DNA of 63,215 nt, counting the filler, from Folioceros fuciformis (Eukaryota), in NCBI GenBank assembly GCA_049999805.1. It is 10 parts of 10 records of this genome, joined end to end, with 100 filler letters (N's around TTAATTAATTAA, not from the genome) between each part and the next. Parts side by side here need not be neighbours in the genome. Positions count along the whole stretch, not along the records: positions 30,147 to 41,134 come from JBNGIO010003438.1; positions 41,235 to 46,358 come from JBNGIO010003439.1; positions 46,459 to 50,008 come from JBNGIO010003440.1; 7 more parts are not named here. One strand, written 5' to 3'. Below are positions 36,943-49,907 of the stretch, one piece after another. The number at the start of each line of letters is the position of its first letter. Positions within the stretch are counted from its first letter, which is position 1. Position numbers and translations under genes: made by a program. Below the pieces are notes generated by a model. It saw only the letters and a list, made by a program, of their open reading frames with translations, was not told the DNA's origin and did no database searches.

Positions 36943-38430
36943 ATGGCAGTACGAGCCCTGCAGCTGCTGCCCGTGCTGTTCGCGGTTCCTGGGAGACGGC
37001 CATGGGTGTCAGTGGGTGCCCGTGTATTACCTTTGCCTTCCCAAGACAGGCACCGGCAATCGCCGCACCACTTTGGGCTGCACCACAGACGAGCAAGCTC
37101 AATGACAGAGGCGGATGTGGGACTGGATTCCTCTGCTCCTGGAATACCAGTGTCGACGGAGGAAGGGACTTGGGCGACTGGGAACAGTCTTCGCAGACAT
37201 CAGCATCTCTGCCTCTACTTCACCCAAGGCCTGTGTACGCTTGTAAGATGTCTATCGCTCGCTACCAGGTATGTGCTTGCTCCTTCCTTCCCTTCCTCTG
37301 ACCTGTGCTCACATTGTGTTATGGGGTTTCTTGGGCAGGCAGACGATGGCGAACATGTTGCAAAATTCACACACTTGTATCCAGATCTTCCTGTGAAGCC
37401 TTCATACTTGGAGAAGCTGTGTCCACAGCCGTTCGACTACTTTCTGGTGCTGGATCTGGAGGGCCGGGTGGAAATTCTTGAATTTCCTGTGGTGCTGCTG
37501 GATGCTCAGACTTTGGCGGTAGTCGACCGCTTTCACAGGTAGTCAGTACTGTACTCCTGGAGAACTGCCTTGCCACTGTGGACAAGGACTGGCTCTCACA
37601 TCGTATGCTGCTCTAGTGCAGGTTCGTGAGGCCCGTGAAAATGTCCGAACAGAGAATCACAGAGTACATTGAGGGGAAGTATGGACGCTGGGGTCTTGAC
37701 AGGTGAGAAGACCAAAGGTCGGGCTTTTGTTTTGCTCACATTCTTCCCTTCAGCGTGTGTGCTGGCGTGAATAGCTAACCTTCCTGAGCTTGCTCCTTTT
37801 CCAGGGTTTGGCATGATACAGCTGTGCCCTTTACCCAGGTAATCGAGAACTTTGAAGAGTGGCTGAAAAGCCATGGTCTGTGGAATCCAACCAAACGCGG
37901 GAAGATGAGACGTGCAGCATTTGTCACCTGGTGAGCGGCATACATACCAGCCGTGTAAGAAAATTACGTTTCCTATGTCCGCAAGGTTTGTTGTTGATCT
38001 CGAACTGCATGCTGCTACATCTGGGCACCAGCGGGAACTGGGATGTGAAGACGAAGATTCCCGAACAGTGTGTGTCGTCCGAAATCACAGTTCCTCCGTA
38101 CTTTCACGAGTGGATCAACCTCAAAGATATCTACCTGAACTTCTATAATCAGAGGGTACGCAGTTCGCTTTACCTGCTGCTCTGGTGTGTTTTGAAGAGG
38201 CTAGTGTACCTGATGTTGGCAACCTGCAGGCAGGAGGGATGTTGGCAATGCTCAAGGGCTTGAAAATGCATGTACAAGGCAGCCATCATCTGGGACTAGA
38301 TGATGCCCATAATATCGCTCGTGTGCTACAACGTGTTCTCGCAGATGGAGCGGTGGTGAAGATCACTGCTAAACGAAGTGCCACTGACCCGAAAGATGTA
38401 AAATTCACATTCAGAAACCGGGTGAAGTGA
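36943..38430 (+). CDS. ERI1-like DEDDh 3'-5' exoribonuclease (At3g15140/ERL1-type) with N-terminal targeting-like sequence; 6 exons
   Basis: LCLYFTQGLCT, DYFLVLDLEGRVEILEFPV, FVRPVKM, VWHDTA, AFVTCGNWDVKTKIPEQC, EWINLKDIYLNFY, GSHHLGLDDAHNIARVL. Approximate exons: 36943-37242, 37339-37538, 37622-37702, 37805-37929, 38032-38155, 38230-38430. Confidence 0.92.
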
Positions 38431-39421
38431 CAGTCACCTTTGGTTGGTGACTCTAAAGGTTCAGCTTGTGGGTTGTCGCACCTGCTCCGAAATCTGTTTG
38501 GGTTGGAGTTGACAGTCACCCAGGAGCTGGGCTCTGAGTTTGACGCTAAGACGCTACCTTCCAGCTGCAGCTACTGCAGTTCAAGTCTCTGCTGCTACCC
38601 CTTGCATGTTGGTGTCCCTAATGCTGCCGCAAGAGGGTGCCCACCACGGGTAGGATTCTGCAGTTACGGCGTCCCACGTGCTTCGGGGACGAGTGCAACA
38701 TGCAGATCCGAACAACAGGTGTGTAATGGGCTGTACATGGGCAGCTTTGCCTTCCGGCAGATGTGGACCCGTGAGTTACCCACTGGTGGTGTGGCCTGCA
38801 GGCATCCAGCCAGGGAGGTGGTCAAGGACGCTCTACAATATTTGATTCTTCTGTGGGAGCGTGTGGCAACCAGTGTCACCAAGGCGGTACATGAATACAG
38901 AGCCACTGGAGAAATGAGGAATGTTAAGTTGGAGAAATGAGGAATGTTAAGTTGGAATTCTGGTGTTTGGATGTGGTCATCTACCAGCCTCCATCTAGAT
39001 GTGTGAGACCAAAAGGAAGTACTGTTTGGTTGGTTGCTTAGAGTTGGAAGGGATATGTAAGCTTAGTGGGCTAGGTTTAAGTTGGACTTGTTCTAGATAG
39101 AGGAAGAGATGGGAAGTGGGGTGGGCTGGAAGAATTTCAGAAGATAATGCGCACTTCTAGAGCCCGGAAGACAATTAGTCACAAAGATTCGAAGCAAGGA
39201 GGAGGGATGAAGAAGTGGAGGTGGGTTGACTAGACTTGAGCTTGAATGGAAATGCTGAATGACATTGATGTTATATGATGTCGCTTAATTGAAAGACCTA
39301 CATCCTTAAGTTCAAATGGCAAGGAATTTGTGTCATATTGGTTTATATCTAGATTGGTTAATCAAACTTATTCTTTAAGACAAAAATTTGAATTTGGTGA
39401 AATACATCCTCAATTTTGGGC

Positions 39422-39476
39422 GAGAGAGTATGGAACACCGGAGAGAGTATGGAACACCGGAGAGAGTATGGAACAC
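39422..39476. repeat. 19-bp tandem repeat, ~3 copies
   Basis: GAGAGAGTATGGAACACCG repeated. Confidence 0.85.
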
Positions 39477-39644
39477 TTTTGTTTTGCACCCATATATTTT
39501 TATGCAAATATTCTGCTGCATCTTCCACATATACAGATTTTAGGGCTCCTCGTCACGTTACAAGCTGTCATACAATACGGAGTTTATTTTCTGTTATCAT
39601 TGCCACTTCAGTGGATTAATCAAGCGCAACGAAGAATCTTCTCC

Positions 39645-39875
39645 GGTCCATAACTTTGTTTCTTCTCCATTCACAACCTTTTTTGTTCCATAACTTTGTT
39701 TCTCCTCCATTCACAATCTTTGCTGGTCCATAACTTTGTTTCTCCTCCATTCACAATCTTTGCTGGTCCATAACTTTGTTTCTCCTCCATTCACAATCTT
39801 TGCTGGTCCATAACTTTGTTTCTTCTCCATTCACAATCTTTTCTGGTCCATACTGTTCTTTCTTCTCCATGCACA
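39645..39875. repeat. 40-bp tandem minisatellite, ~5-6 copies
   Basis: GGTCCATAACTTTGTTTCTCCTCCATTCACAATCTTTGCT unit. Confidence 0.92.
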
Positions 39876-40269
39876 AGCTTCGTCATGTATTTTTTCTACC
39901 CACATCATGCCTTGGACTGCCATTCTTCCACACTTCACCCTTCAGCTCAACGAGCGGAGAGTGACACCTACATCCTATGCCCGGGTATTCTTTCCATCTT
40001 TGTAAAGATGGACAATTTAGGTTGAGGGTGCACATGAGGATCCTAAGGTAGATACAAGGCACGTACCTTGCACAAAGGATGCATTCTTTTCAATCTCAGA
40101 CTTAGGGCCACAGTCCAGGAATGGGTATGCAAGGTTGCTTGTGCCAATGATAGAGGCTGCGTTGGCTTAAATAACATATGTGCTTGGTTCAGTGGTCCTC
40201 AGGGTTCCATGGGTTCCTCCAAGTACGATGAATCTACCAAAACGGGCATTCAGTTGCCCACCATTAAGC

Positions 40270-40620
40270 TCCTTTCATTCATTCTTTGTGATCAGGTTGA
40301 ATAGGGGCATAGGAATTGCAATGGCTGCAACCCCACATCGTACTGCACAGACAACCATGCTAGCTTTCCTCCTAAGTCTGCAAGAAGCCCATGCAATTGC
40401 TTGCATTTTCAGCTCACATTCCATGTTGGTGGACCTGAACTTCACTGCAATGTCATTCGTGGCCACAGCCCACTGAGTATGCACATTTTTCAATCCCCAC
40501 CCTTTGCACTTGCAAGCAAACGTTCTCTTACCGTTATTGCACCCTTCTTGGGTGTCACGGGGTACCTGCACAATAACTACCTCTCACACACTCTATGGAT
40601 TTCATCAATTGAACCCCATT
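40270..40620 (-). mobile_element. Possible degenerate SWIM zinc-finger (Mutator-like transposase) remnant
   Basis: RTFACKCKGWGLKNVHTQWAV resembles a damaged CxC..(C)xH SWIM motif; lies in repeat-rich, gene-free sequence. No DDE core seen. Confidence 0.3.
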
Positions 40621-43600
40621 TTTGTGAGGGATTTGGATGCGCAAACCAAAGGTACACATACATTTCATTCATTTCCAAGGTTACATGACCATAAGTTCTA
40701 GTGTAGGGATACAATCGCCCGAAATTTTTAAGTTCAAGCTAAAAGTTTTTGTTTTTTTTATTAAAACCTTTAGTGAATACTCACCATGAAAGATGAGTAA
40801 ATATCACGTCCCAAAGTAATAGAAGATAAATTTTTTTAATTGATTAATTTATCTATTTATATAAGTTCAAATATACTTTGTGTTGTTCATTGTTGAAGTA
40901 GAATATTTTTAATTTTTTTTAAAAATTCTTATCACTTCATTTAAAATATTTTCCAACCGATAGAATTCAAAAATTGCGCAAAAATTGAAACTAACAAGTA
41001 TTATTGCATTATGCCTTTGAATTAGAGATACTAAAAGTTTATGATTTGCTTAAAAGGCAAGGCTAAAGGAGGAAGACAATTTTTCTAGAAGGAGTCCAGA
41101 GATAGATTGGGAGAGAAAAAAAATTTGGGGATCANNNNNNNNNNNNNNNNNNNNNNNNNNNNNNNNNNNNNNNNNNNNTTAATTAATTAANNNNNNNNNN
41201 NNNNNNNNNNNNNNNNNNNNNNNNNNNNNNNNNNCCATTCCCAACATAGGAATCATACCGAAAAAACGGCGCAACCGTTATCCTAACTCCTGGACACCAC
41301 ACACGAGCGGACAATTCATGACGGCAATACAGAACCCTAGGGCCATGGCAGACAGGTCGTTCCCGACCAAGACCACCCTGATGCCATCTTTTGAAGCTAC
41401 TTAAGCACACCCTCCATCCCGTCAGCGGCCGGACTGTTTCCTTTCACCTTCCTAAACACAGCGCAGCGAAGAGCAGCGCAGCGCAGCACGCCAGGTACAG
41501 CAGCAGTGCACAAAACGGCTTACTTCTCGTGCTCTGCGGCAGCACTGGAGGGGCGGATCACTCCCAGATGCGGCGACGAAGCCGTCGAAGGTGAGAACTG
41601 GAGATAACGCCCCGCCATGGAACAGTTGTAACCGTGTTGTCGGCGAATGCTGCCTCCCAACCCTTTCCGACTGATAGACGCAGAAAGTGCGGTATCTGAA
41701 TTTCCTTGTTGTGGAACTGTCCCCCCGGCTAGCCCCGTCTCCTCATCAGGACGCAGCCAACCTGAGCCTCCACTTCCCTCTTCCCGCCCTCCAACTGGCA
41801 AACCTAAGCTATCGCCAGTCCATCAAATTTGTAAGCCGTTATTCTTTACACAACTTCTGGTAAATCTCGTTCCAGTGCAGCCACACAGCTGCGCTCGCCC
41901 ACATCGATGCGCTTTTCACCACACCGCGTGTAAACTCAGGTAACTTTGTTTCATCTCCGTAGCTCCTGTAGTGGGAATCAGGATGGGGTGCACAAACGGA
42001 TCAGCGTTGTCCTGTANNNNNNNNNNNNNNNNNNNNNNNNNNNNNNNNNNNNNNNNNNNNNNNNNNNNNNNNNNNNNNNNNNNNNNNNNNNNNNNNNNNN
42101 NNNNNNNNNNNNNNNNGTTGTCCTGTACGGAACTTCTTCCAGCGGACCTGTCACCTGCCTGCCACGGTGGGCTCCATTGGAAAATGAATAAAGTTTTCGA
42201 TTACCTACCAAAAGAAAATAATATTTTACAGTCGGAACTACGAACTGTATGTACATACATACACATACATACATACTGGTGTTCTTGATTATTCCCTTAC
42301 CACGCTGCCGGCCCATCGTGCGACAAGGCTGGCTCACTGGACGACGCAGGTACGCCGTGAGCAGGGCTGGCTTTCTGGAGGACGCAGGTACGCAGTGAGC
42401 GAATGGCAGTACTGCGAGAAACGGGAAGAAAAAACGCGCAAACAGACGACAGGCTGGCTGGTGGCGGAAGAGGAGGGAAAAAGGTGTTGGCAGACAGGAA
42501 GCTTGTGGCGGAGTCTGCTTAGCAGAAGGCAAGGAAGGATCGCAAGGAAAAGCTGAAGCAGGTTATGGAGACGGGCCAGGGTTTTGGCTTCGTTCTCCAC
42601 ATTCGGCGTTCAGTGTTTGCGCGAGTTTCTGGAGCCTCGTTAGGTCACCAGAGTAGTGCCGACGGTGTCGTGAGGCAAAGCTTTGCTGAGTTGTTCATCA
42701 TGTCCGTTAAGCACTTCCGATCTCAATCACCGCAGTTTAGTACACCTTTTAGTGTTCTTCCTGGTCGAGGACTCCCGTGCTGTTATCGAAAACAATGTCT
42801 CCCCTCCCGCTCTCGGCGATCCCTAACAGGTTGGATAGGAAGGCTGGTGGAAAGGGTGCGGAGTGTTGATCATCGGATGCTTCGTAAGGACGAGAGTGCC
42901 TTGCAAGGACCGGCAAGGGAGTCGTGTGTGGTTCACTGCAAACTCAGAGCATGTGCCGGAAAACCTTGATGACGTGAAATCTACGTCATCGGAGGACTGG
43001 TGAACCGAACAAGTTGCTTCACTGGTTGGTGCGTGACTCTGATTTGTGTCTGATTTGAGCTAGTCGACTTGGCATGGCTGTGAGTGGTTGTACCTGCTGT
43101 AGGTGGAAGGTTGCTGCGTGGGACAAGGCCAGGAAGCGGCCAATTGCTAAGCCGAGAAGATGAGTTGACGTTGCTCGGCTCTGAGGTGCGGTCAGGTCAG
43201 GACGTGTCTTTGTTTTGTGTCGTCTGCGTCGCATTTTACAGCGCGGGGGGGAACGGCAATCTCAGAGCAGTGCGCCAGCCCTCCCTGTCGTCTCGATTCT
43301 CAAGCAGGTGTGGCCGGCAAACCAGGTTGGCACTTTCAGCACAAAGATGGAAGCATGCACTTGACAAGGTTATGGGATCTGCTGTCATCCCCGTGAGTCA
43401 GGGGATCTGTCATGATCCCTGCCAGATAAACTAGTACGAGGGGACGCACCTGATGCACGAGCTTGAGGCCTGGAAAATGAACACATATGGCTCGATGGCA
43501 AGGAAAGCAGGGAGTGGTTTCAAGGCAAGCGACGTATACGGAGATGGGGATTGGAGTAAATACAGAGTGCTGTAGCGAGTGACATGGAATGGGCATGGGC

Positions 43601-46458
43601 GTATGGCCGGTCATGTGCTGAATGTGGATGATGATGTGGACCCATGGGCTGATACCGAAGAAGATGCACTGAGACCTGGTATCGTATGGCAATACCCTGC
43701 ACTGGCACAGGCTGCTGCTGCAACTTCACATGGGATTGTAGACCCCTGCCCGTAAACAGACCACCGGACCTCCAACTGTAATTTCTTCGCCACATGTGCG
43801 AAAGCAGGGCGTTCCCCTCGAAGAGCGTCGTCTTCCAAGAGTCGGGAGGTCCCTCGGTAGGGTGGAAGAACAAGAGTCTAGTGAAGCGGGTACGTAACTA
43901 AGAAAGTCTCCCCCAGCCGCCCCGCCCCATCTGCCGGTCTCAGGATCCTGATTAGTTAACCCTTTTCGAGGCCGCCATGACATAGGCACACGGAATCAAT
44001 CCTCCACGCTGGAAGTGGGTCAAAGGATGGGAAGTCGTTCCGGAACGAGAATCTTACTGCCGTGGAACTCGTGGCAGTTTGTTCAAGCATTGGAGGAGTC
44101 CCATTAAATTGGTACATACATACTGTATGTTGCAATGCGTTGTCACCCGGTGGACAGAATAAACAAGCCTGCGCATGTTGGTGCAGGATGAACAGTTCGC
44201 GATGTACCCGGGACGCGTAGTCTTGACGGAGGTCTTTGTACAATTTATTGAAAGAAGGGACGGGAACGGGGAAAAAAAAAAAAAATCCAAGATGGTTAAG
44301 GCTATAAGTAGATTAGCCCCATAACACAACTCCGACTACTATTTAGTGTCCTAAGGATGTTATGTTACTGTCATAAGCTCTTTCCATAGCAATGAAGACT
44401 TACTGAGACAAAAAAAAGCCTATTATTGAGACAAGGGGGAGAATTTCTTTCCTATGGCTATGATGGCTATCCTTTAGGAATGGGGTTTCTATGGTTATGA
44501 CAAGAAGAAGGAAAAGAATGTCATTCCTCCAGCAATGATAAGAAGAAGAATTGTACTAGAGTCCAATAAGAACTCAATTTTCACCATGACACTTAGTAAA
44601 ACTTATATCATGTATATGTAGCTACTTGCTCCAAAAGGGCATCTCATCTAAGTACCCAGTGGCACAAAATGCTTAATCCCATAGTTTAAAATCTTGTGTT
44701 CTTTTGACCTAAGTCATTTGGACACAAATTTAGAGATAAGCTTAAGTGCAATCCTTGATTAGCCTTCAACAAGTCCCTGACTCCATCGGCCTAAACAAGC
44801 AAGCGGGATCAAAACATGGTCATTCTAAATGACCATGTTGTTGTACCCCTTTGTTGTCTAGCCTCAAGGGTTGATGATGTTATGCTCATGTCCTAAACGA
44901 ATACGTAACAACCATTATGATAGTGGAAATAGGGTTTGCTTTGAGGGAAACATGGTAACAAAATTAGGCATTGTTGGGAGAGGGTCTAGGAATGGATGAG
45001 TCAATGAGGCAAGCCCTTTAGCTGAGTCAATGAGGCAAGCCCTTTAGCTTGCGTATATTCTTCTTCTTGAATAGAGGATTGAAGGCCTCACATCCCTTCC
45101 ACAATGCGAGAGAGAAGAAGGAGGGCATGGCGTTCAGTGCCTGCAATGATAAAAATAGTCTAGTCTTTTGAGCCTCCAAAGATCAAAAGAGTTTTTAACT
45201 TGCTTTGCAAAAACCTACAAAGGGACCTACTTAAGAACAAATTCTTATTTGAAGAAGTGGCACCAATCCATTACACCTAAACCTTATGAAAAATGGGAGT
45301 ATGTTTGAGAAGTCCCATCTTATGAATAGTGTGAGTCTTTGAAACCCTAAACCAAAATGACCTATTTGGAAGATGCTCTTTCAAAATACCCATTCAAATG
45401 GATATCAGTTGAGCCTTTATCATATCATAATTATTTATTGCTTTTCATCATAATCCATGTTTATTATAAATGATTGCAATCATATACAACTTGCAAACCA
45501 CCCTTAGGGTGGTTTTACATTAGACCAGATGGTGGCCTCGTGCAAGATAGCCATAATGTGTTTTACATGCATTGGTGGTGTCGTTTTCCGCAATTTGACT
45601 TGGAAATACTATGCGCCAATATGGCCGGGTCTCACAATGTCAGGTCCCCACTTACCCTTCGAGGTTGGTGGTGCTTGACACCCTTCAGTCCTAACACCTT
45701 CCACCAATCTGCCACCAACACCTGCACCATTGTTTACACGTCTGGTAGATTTTTCATTTTTATCTTTTAACAATGATCAATTTACTATGATTAATAGGGT
45801 TAGGGTTGATCTAGAGTTCGCTCTCGATCACGACGGGGGTTTCCATTGTCCTTGCGTCACCCTACATTTCACAAAGGTGGACTAGCCCACTCACCATACA
45901 CAAGACTCAATTACTGATGACATCCTCGCTTAGCAGCCAGCCCCCTGCCACACCCTAGGCATGGCCAGCAATTGTGCCTCCATCCTTGGGCTTGCAGCCC
46001 TTATTGGCAAGTTCAAATTTTGTATGCTCGTGTTTCTCACTCCATCTATGTTGTTGCAACCTCCTCCATCACACCTACTCCTCACCAAAAGTGGAGAAAT
46101 TTCGAGCCTCCAAACTCATCCGTGGCTGCGTTAGATACTAAACAGATTTTCAGTATGTTTGTTCAGTACGGTTAACTCAACACATTTTCATTGCATTTGT
46201 CAGCTCCTGCAGGTTTGGACCCCTTTCGTTGAGCCTCCAACGAGTCCTTCCAAAACTATGTGTTCACTCTCTTGCACCCCTCTTCAGCCCCAAATCAAAA
46301 GATGTATTCAACCCCCCCTCCCATGCAACCTTTTGGTGTCTCCCCTCCAAATACTATTNNNNNNNNNNNNNNNNNNNNNNNNNNNNNNNNNNNNNNNNNN
46401 NNTTAATTAATTAANNNNNNNNNNNNNNNNNNNNNNNNNNNNNNNNNNNNNNNNNNNN

Positions 46459-46930
46459 AAACACTGGGTGTGGAGGATGAGGGACGCTGGAGGCAAGTTT
46501 GGAAAACATACCGAGTATGGAGGCAAGTTTGGAACAGACACCGAATGTGGAGGATAAGGGATGTTGGAGGCAAGTTTGGAACAAACATTGGGTGTGGAGG
46601 ATGAGGGACGCTGGAGGCAAGTTTGGAACAGACACCGGATGTGGAGGATAAGGGATGTTGGAGGCAAGTTTGGAACAAACACGGGGTGTGGAGGATGAGG
46701 GATGCTGGAGGCAAGTTTGGAACAAACTCCGGGTATGGAGGATAAGAGACGGTGGAGGTAAGTTTGGAACATACATGGAGTATGCAAGATAAGAGATGTT
46801 GGAGGCAAGTTTGGACCAGACATTGGGTATGGACGATAAGGGACGATGGAGACAAGCTTGGAACACACATTGAGTGTGGAGGATAAAGGACGGTGGAGGC
46901 AAGGTGGAGGCAAGTTTGGAATAGATATCG
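46459..46930. repeat. ~47-bp tandem satellite, ~10 diverged copies, running into the scaffold edge
   Basis: TGGAGGCAAGTTTGGAACA.ACAC.G..TGTGGAGGAT.AGGGA.G unit; period 47 measured between 46518 and 46565. Confidence 0.92.
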
Positions 46931-49826
46931 GGTGAGAAAGATAAGAGCTACGGACAAGAATGCCCTTTGCCATGTCCTTGCGATAGCTTTCTAGAAAGAA
47001 GATTGATTCCAAGGGTTGGTGCAACTACAACTGAATGTTGGTGAGGATGACGAAGTTGGTGGGCCCTAGCCTGGAGAAAATGTAGCACTAGAGATCCTGC
47101 CTGCTAAATGGAGTGAATCGCTTGAGTGTTGGAGGTATTGTTTGATGTTTTTATTAGTATTTCTTGTTGTCTTGTAGGCTGTCATTGCATGTTGACTTCC
47201 TCCCTAACATGTATTGGTTGCATCTCACCTTAATGATCTTTATGTAGGGAGTACAAGAGTAGGATGGATAGCTCTAGGGAGTACAAGAGTAGGATGGATA
47301 GCTCGAGAGTTGGAGGTGTTGTTTAATGTTGTTGTTTAATGTTTCTATTTGTATTTCTTGTTGTCTTGTATGCTCCTATTGCATGTTGACTTCCTCCCCA
47401 GCATGTATTGGTTGCACCTCACCTTAATGATCTTTATGCAAGGAGTACAAGAGTAGAAAAGAGCCATTGGAAAAGTACTTGCAACTGTGGACGAAAGAGG
47501 AGATCACATTTTGGGCTTGGACATGCATCTATGTTCTCCCAATCTCTTACAATAGTGTGGGCACAATGCTATGAGGGGTGTTGGTATATTACAAAGGCTT
47601 TATGAGTTGTTCTTGTGTAAAAGCCATATGGTTTGTTCTTATGCTCAAGGGGATACGGCGATAAGACATGTCCTGGATTATTTTCCCCCTCTAAACTTTT
47701 TCTTGCATTTGTGGCAAAGCCCTGGAGTCCTCTACAGTCACTTGCATTAGTGGAAAAGCCAAAAGCCCCCTATGCTCACTTACAAGGACGAGAAAGCCCC
47801 CATGCTCACTATGCTAATTAAATTCTTTAAGATAGCAAACCCTAGCATTTGGGCATGGTAGAAAATATTAGATGTGAACCAAGCACCACTTGTGTGAAAA
47901 AGAGTCCTCTAAGATATGGTAGGAAAGTTGTGGTCATCCCATAGATAGATGACTCTATTGAGATGTCCCACTAAGAGTATTGAGCCAATGCAATCATCTT
48001 TACTGCAAGTTGTTGTCCATCCAATGGGGCAAGAAGAAGACTTCCTTATAGCATCACAAGCGGGGAAGGTCACCATTGCGGATACTTGGTCGACGAGGGC
48101 AAATTGTCTCCACACAGGAAAAAAAAAAANNNNNNNNNNNNNNNNNNNNNNNNNNNNNNNNNNNNNNNNNNNNNNNNNNNNNNNNNNNNNNNNNNNNNNN
48201 NNNNNNNNNNNNNNNNNNNNNNNNNNNNNTCCTGTAATGTGGTACCACCCTGAACGGAAGCATGGAATGGGCGTGAGTTCAATAAATGTGGGAGGAATTG
48301 GAGAAATTATGGGCAGGTGTGGGTTAAGGGATATCCGGATACGCAAAGATTTGATTTGCTTGTACGTATGGGTGGACTATGTGTGTGAAGTAGGTACGGC
48401 AGACAACAACCGGTGGGTGTTGAAGACAAAAGTTAAAAAGCAAACAAAGATTGACATCAGCAAAGCGTGTAGGAATAAAAATCTCCGGTGCCCGGTACGT
48501 GTGGGGCAATCCTGGTTTTTTTTTCCATATTTTCCCGAGGAGGAAGGAGCCAACGACAAGCATGCAATCATCCGAAGCGGGAGGTGAAAAGAAGAAAGGG
48601 AAGGGAAGCAAGAGTCGTGGCCATCGGGACTGCAGCCTAGCACAGCCCGTGGTCGACGTTGCCTGCTTTTGCTCATAGTGACCATGCCTGGGAGCCCGCG
48701 CTTCCGCCACCCCCGCCCGCTTTTTCTGTAGGCCGCTTCGCTTCACTTCTTCTATCCGTAAACCCTAACCATTCTCTTCCCCGCTTCTCGTGCCGTGCCG
48801 TGCCGTGCCTTCCCTTCCCTTCCCTTCGCCTTCCCTTTTCCCCAGGATTTGCGAGACACAAACTGAGCGAAGGAGGAAGGGCCGAAAAGCGGTGGTTAAG
48901 CGATTGGCTAGTCCCGCGGCCCCAGGGAGGCCAGATGCGGGCACGGCGGCCGAGGCGCTGTTCACACTCGGGCTGGGATGCGGTTGGTTGATGGCGGAAG
49001 CGAACCGGTGGCCTGGCTCATGGACGTTTGGTGACGACCGAACGCGACGCGATCATGATCATGGCCAGCAGCAGCAGCAGCAGCAGCAGCACAGCCGCAT
49101 CACCCGCACCACTGCACCGCACAGCCGTCCCTTGCCTTTCCTTGTAGCATCTTCTCCCGGCAAGCATCCCCGTTCCGCGTCCTGCACTGTCGGGCCGATA
49201 AGCAGGATCGTTCACCACCAACAAGAACAGCAGCAGCACAGCAGCAACAACAACAACTAACAACTTTTTTAGAGTGGATTGGGAATCGTCTTCCGCTGAG
49301 CTGATGAAGTCTCCCCGTTGGATAAAAATGTCTCGTTATACCACGGTAGAGAGTACTGGGAGGATATAAAAGTGGGTCGGAGGGGAGCCCGAGCCGGAGC
49401 CCTAGCCGGAGGATATGAATGTAGTACATCCATGGTAGTAGTAACGGCGGGGATCCTCGTAACGGAACGGACCCTCGGGAGTCTGACACGCTTGACCCGC
49501 GTCGTCGGGCCTCGGAAGAGGTGCCGCGTTTTGGTTTTTGCCGCCCCCGGTGCAGGCAGCGGGCAGCGGGTTTTGAGAGCCAGTTGCATGCGCGAATTTT
49601 TTCCCACGCCTTTTGTCGGAGCAGCTTTAATAACGCTTGGCTTTGCTTGGCTCGGCTCTGTACGGGCTCGGCCGATGGATCCCTACATTCCCTCGCCGTC
49701 TGGGAGAGACACGATAATTTAAGCGCCCGGGCTTTGGCTTCCCTGCCGCCGGTCCCACGGCAGCAGGCCTGACTGGCCAGCTGTTGAGTCTGCCGCTACC
49801 CGCTCTCTCCCTGGAGACGGAGCCGG

Positions 49827-49907
49827 GCAGGCCAGGCCAGGCCAGGCCAGGCCAGGCCAGGCCAGGCCAGGCCAGGCCAGGCCAGGCCAGGCCAGGCCAG
49901 CCCAGGC
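49827..49907. repeat. (GGCCA)n microsatellite
   Basis: Long near-perfect pentamer run. Confidence 0.9.

Noticed and set aside
43336-44243. Coding-looking fragments on the minus strand (DPETGRWGG..., FFHPTEGPPDSWKTTLFEG...)
   Set aside because: Fragments are in different frames with stops and I cannot assign a family or a consistent splice model; a BLASTX would be needed.
46459-46930. Regularly spaced repeats here and at 39645-39875, 26393-26514 and 51905-52082 as CRISPR-like arrays
   Set aside because: The intervening sequences are themselves homologous (no unique spacers), there are no cas genes and the DNA is eukaryotic; these are ordinary tandem repeats.
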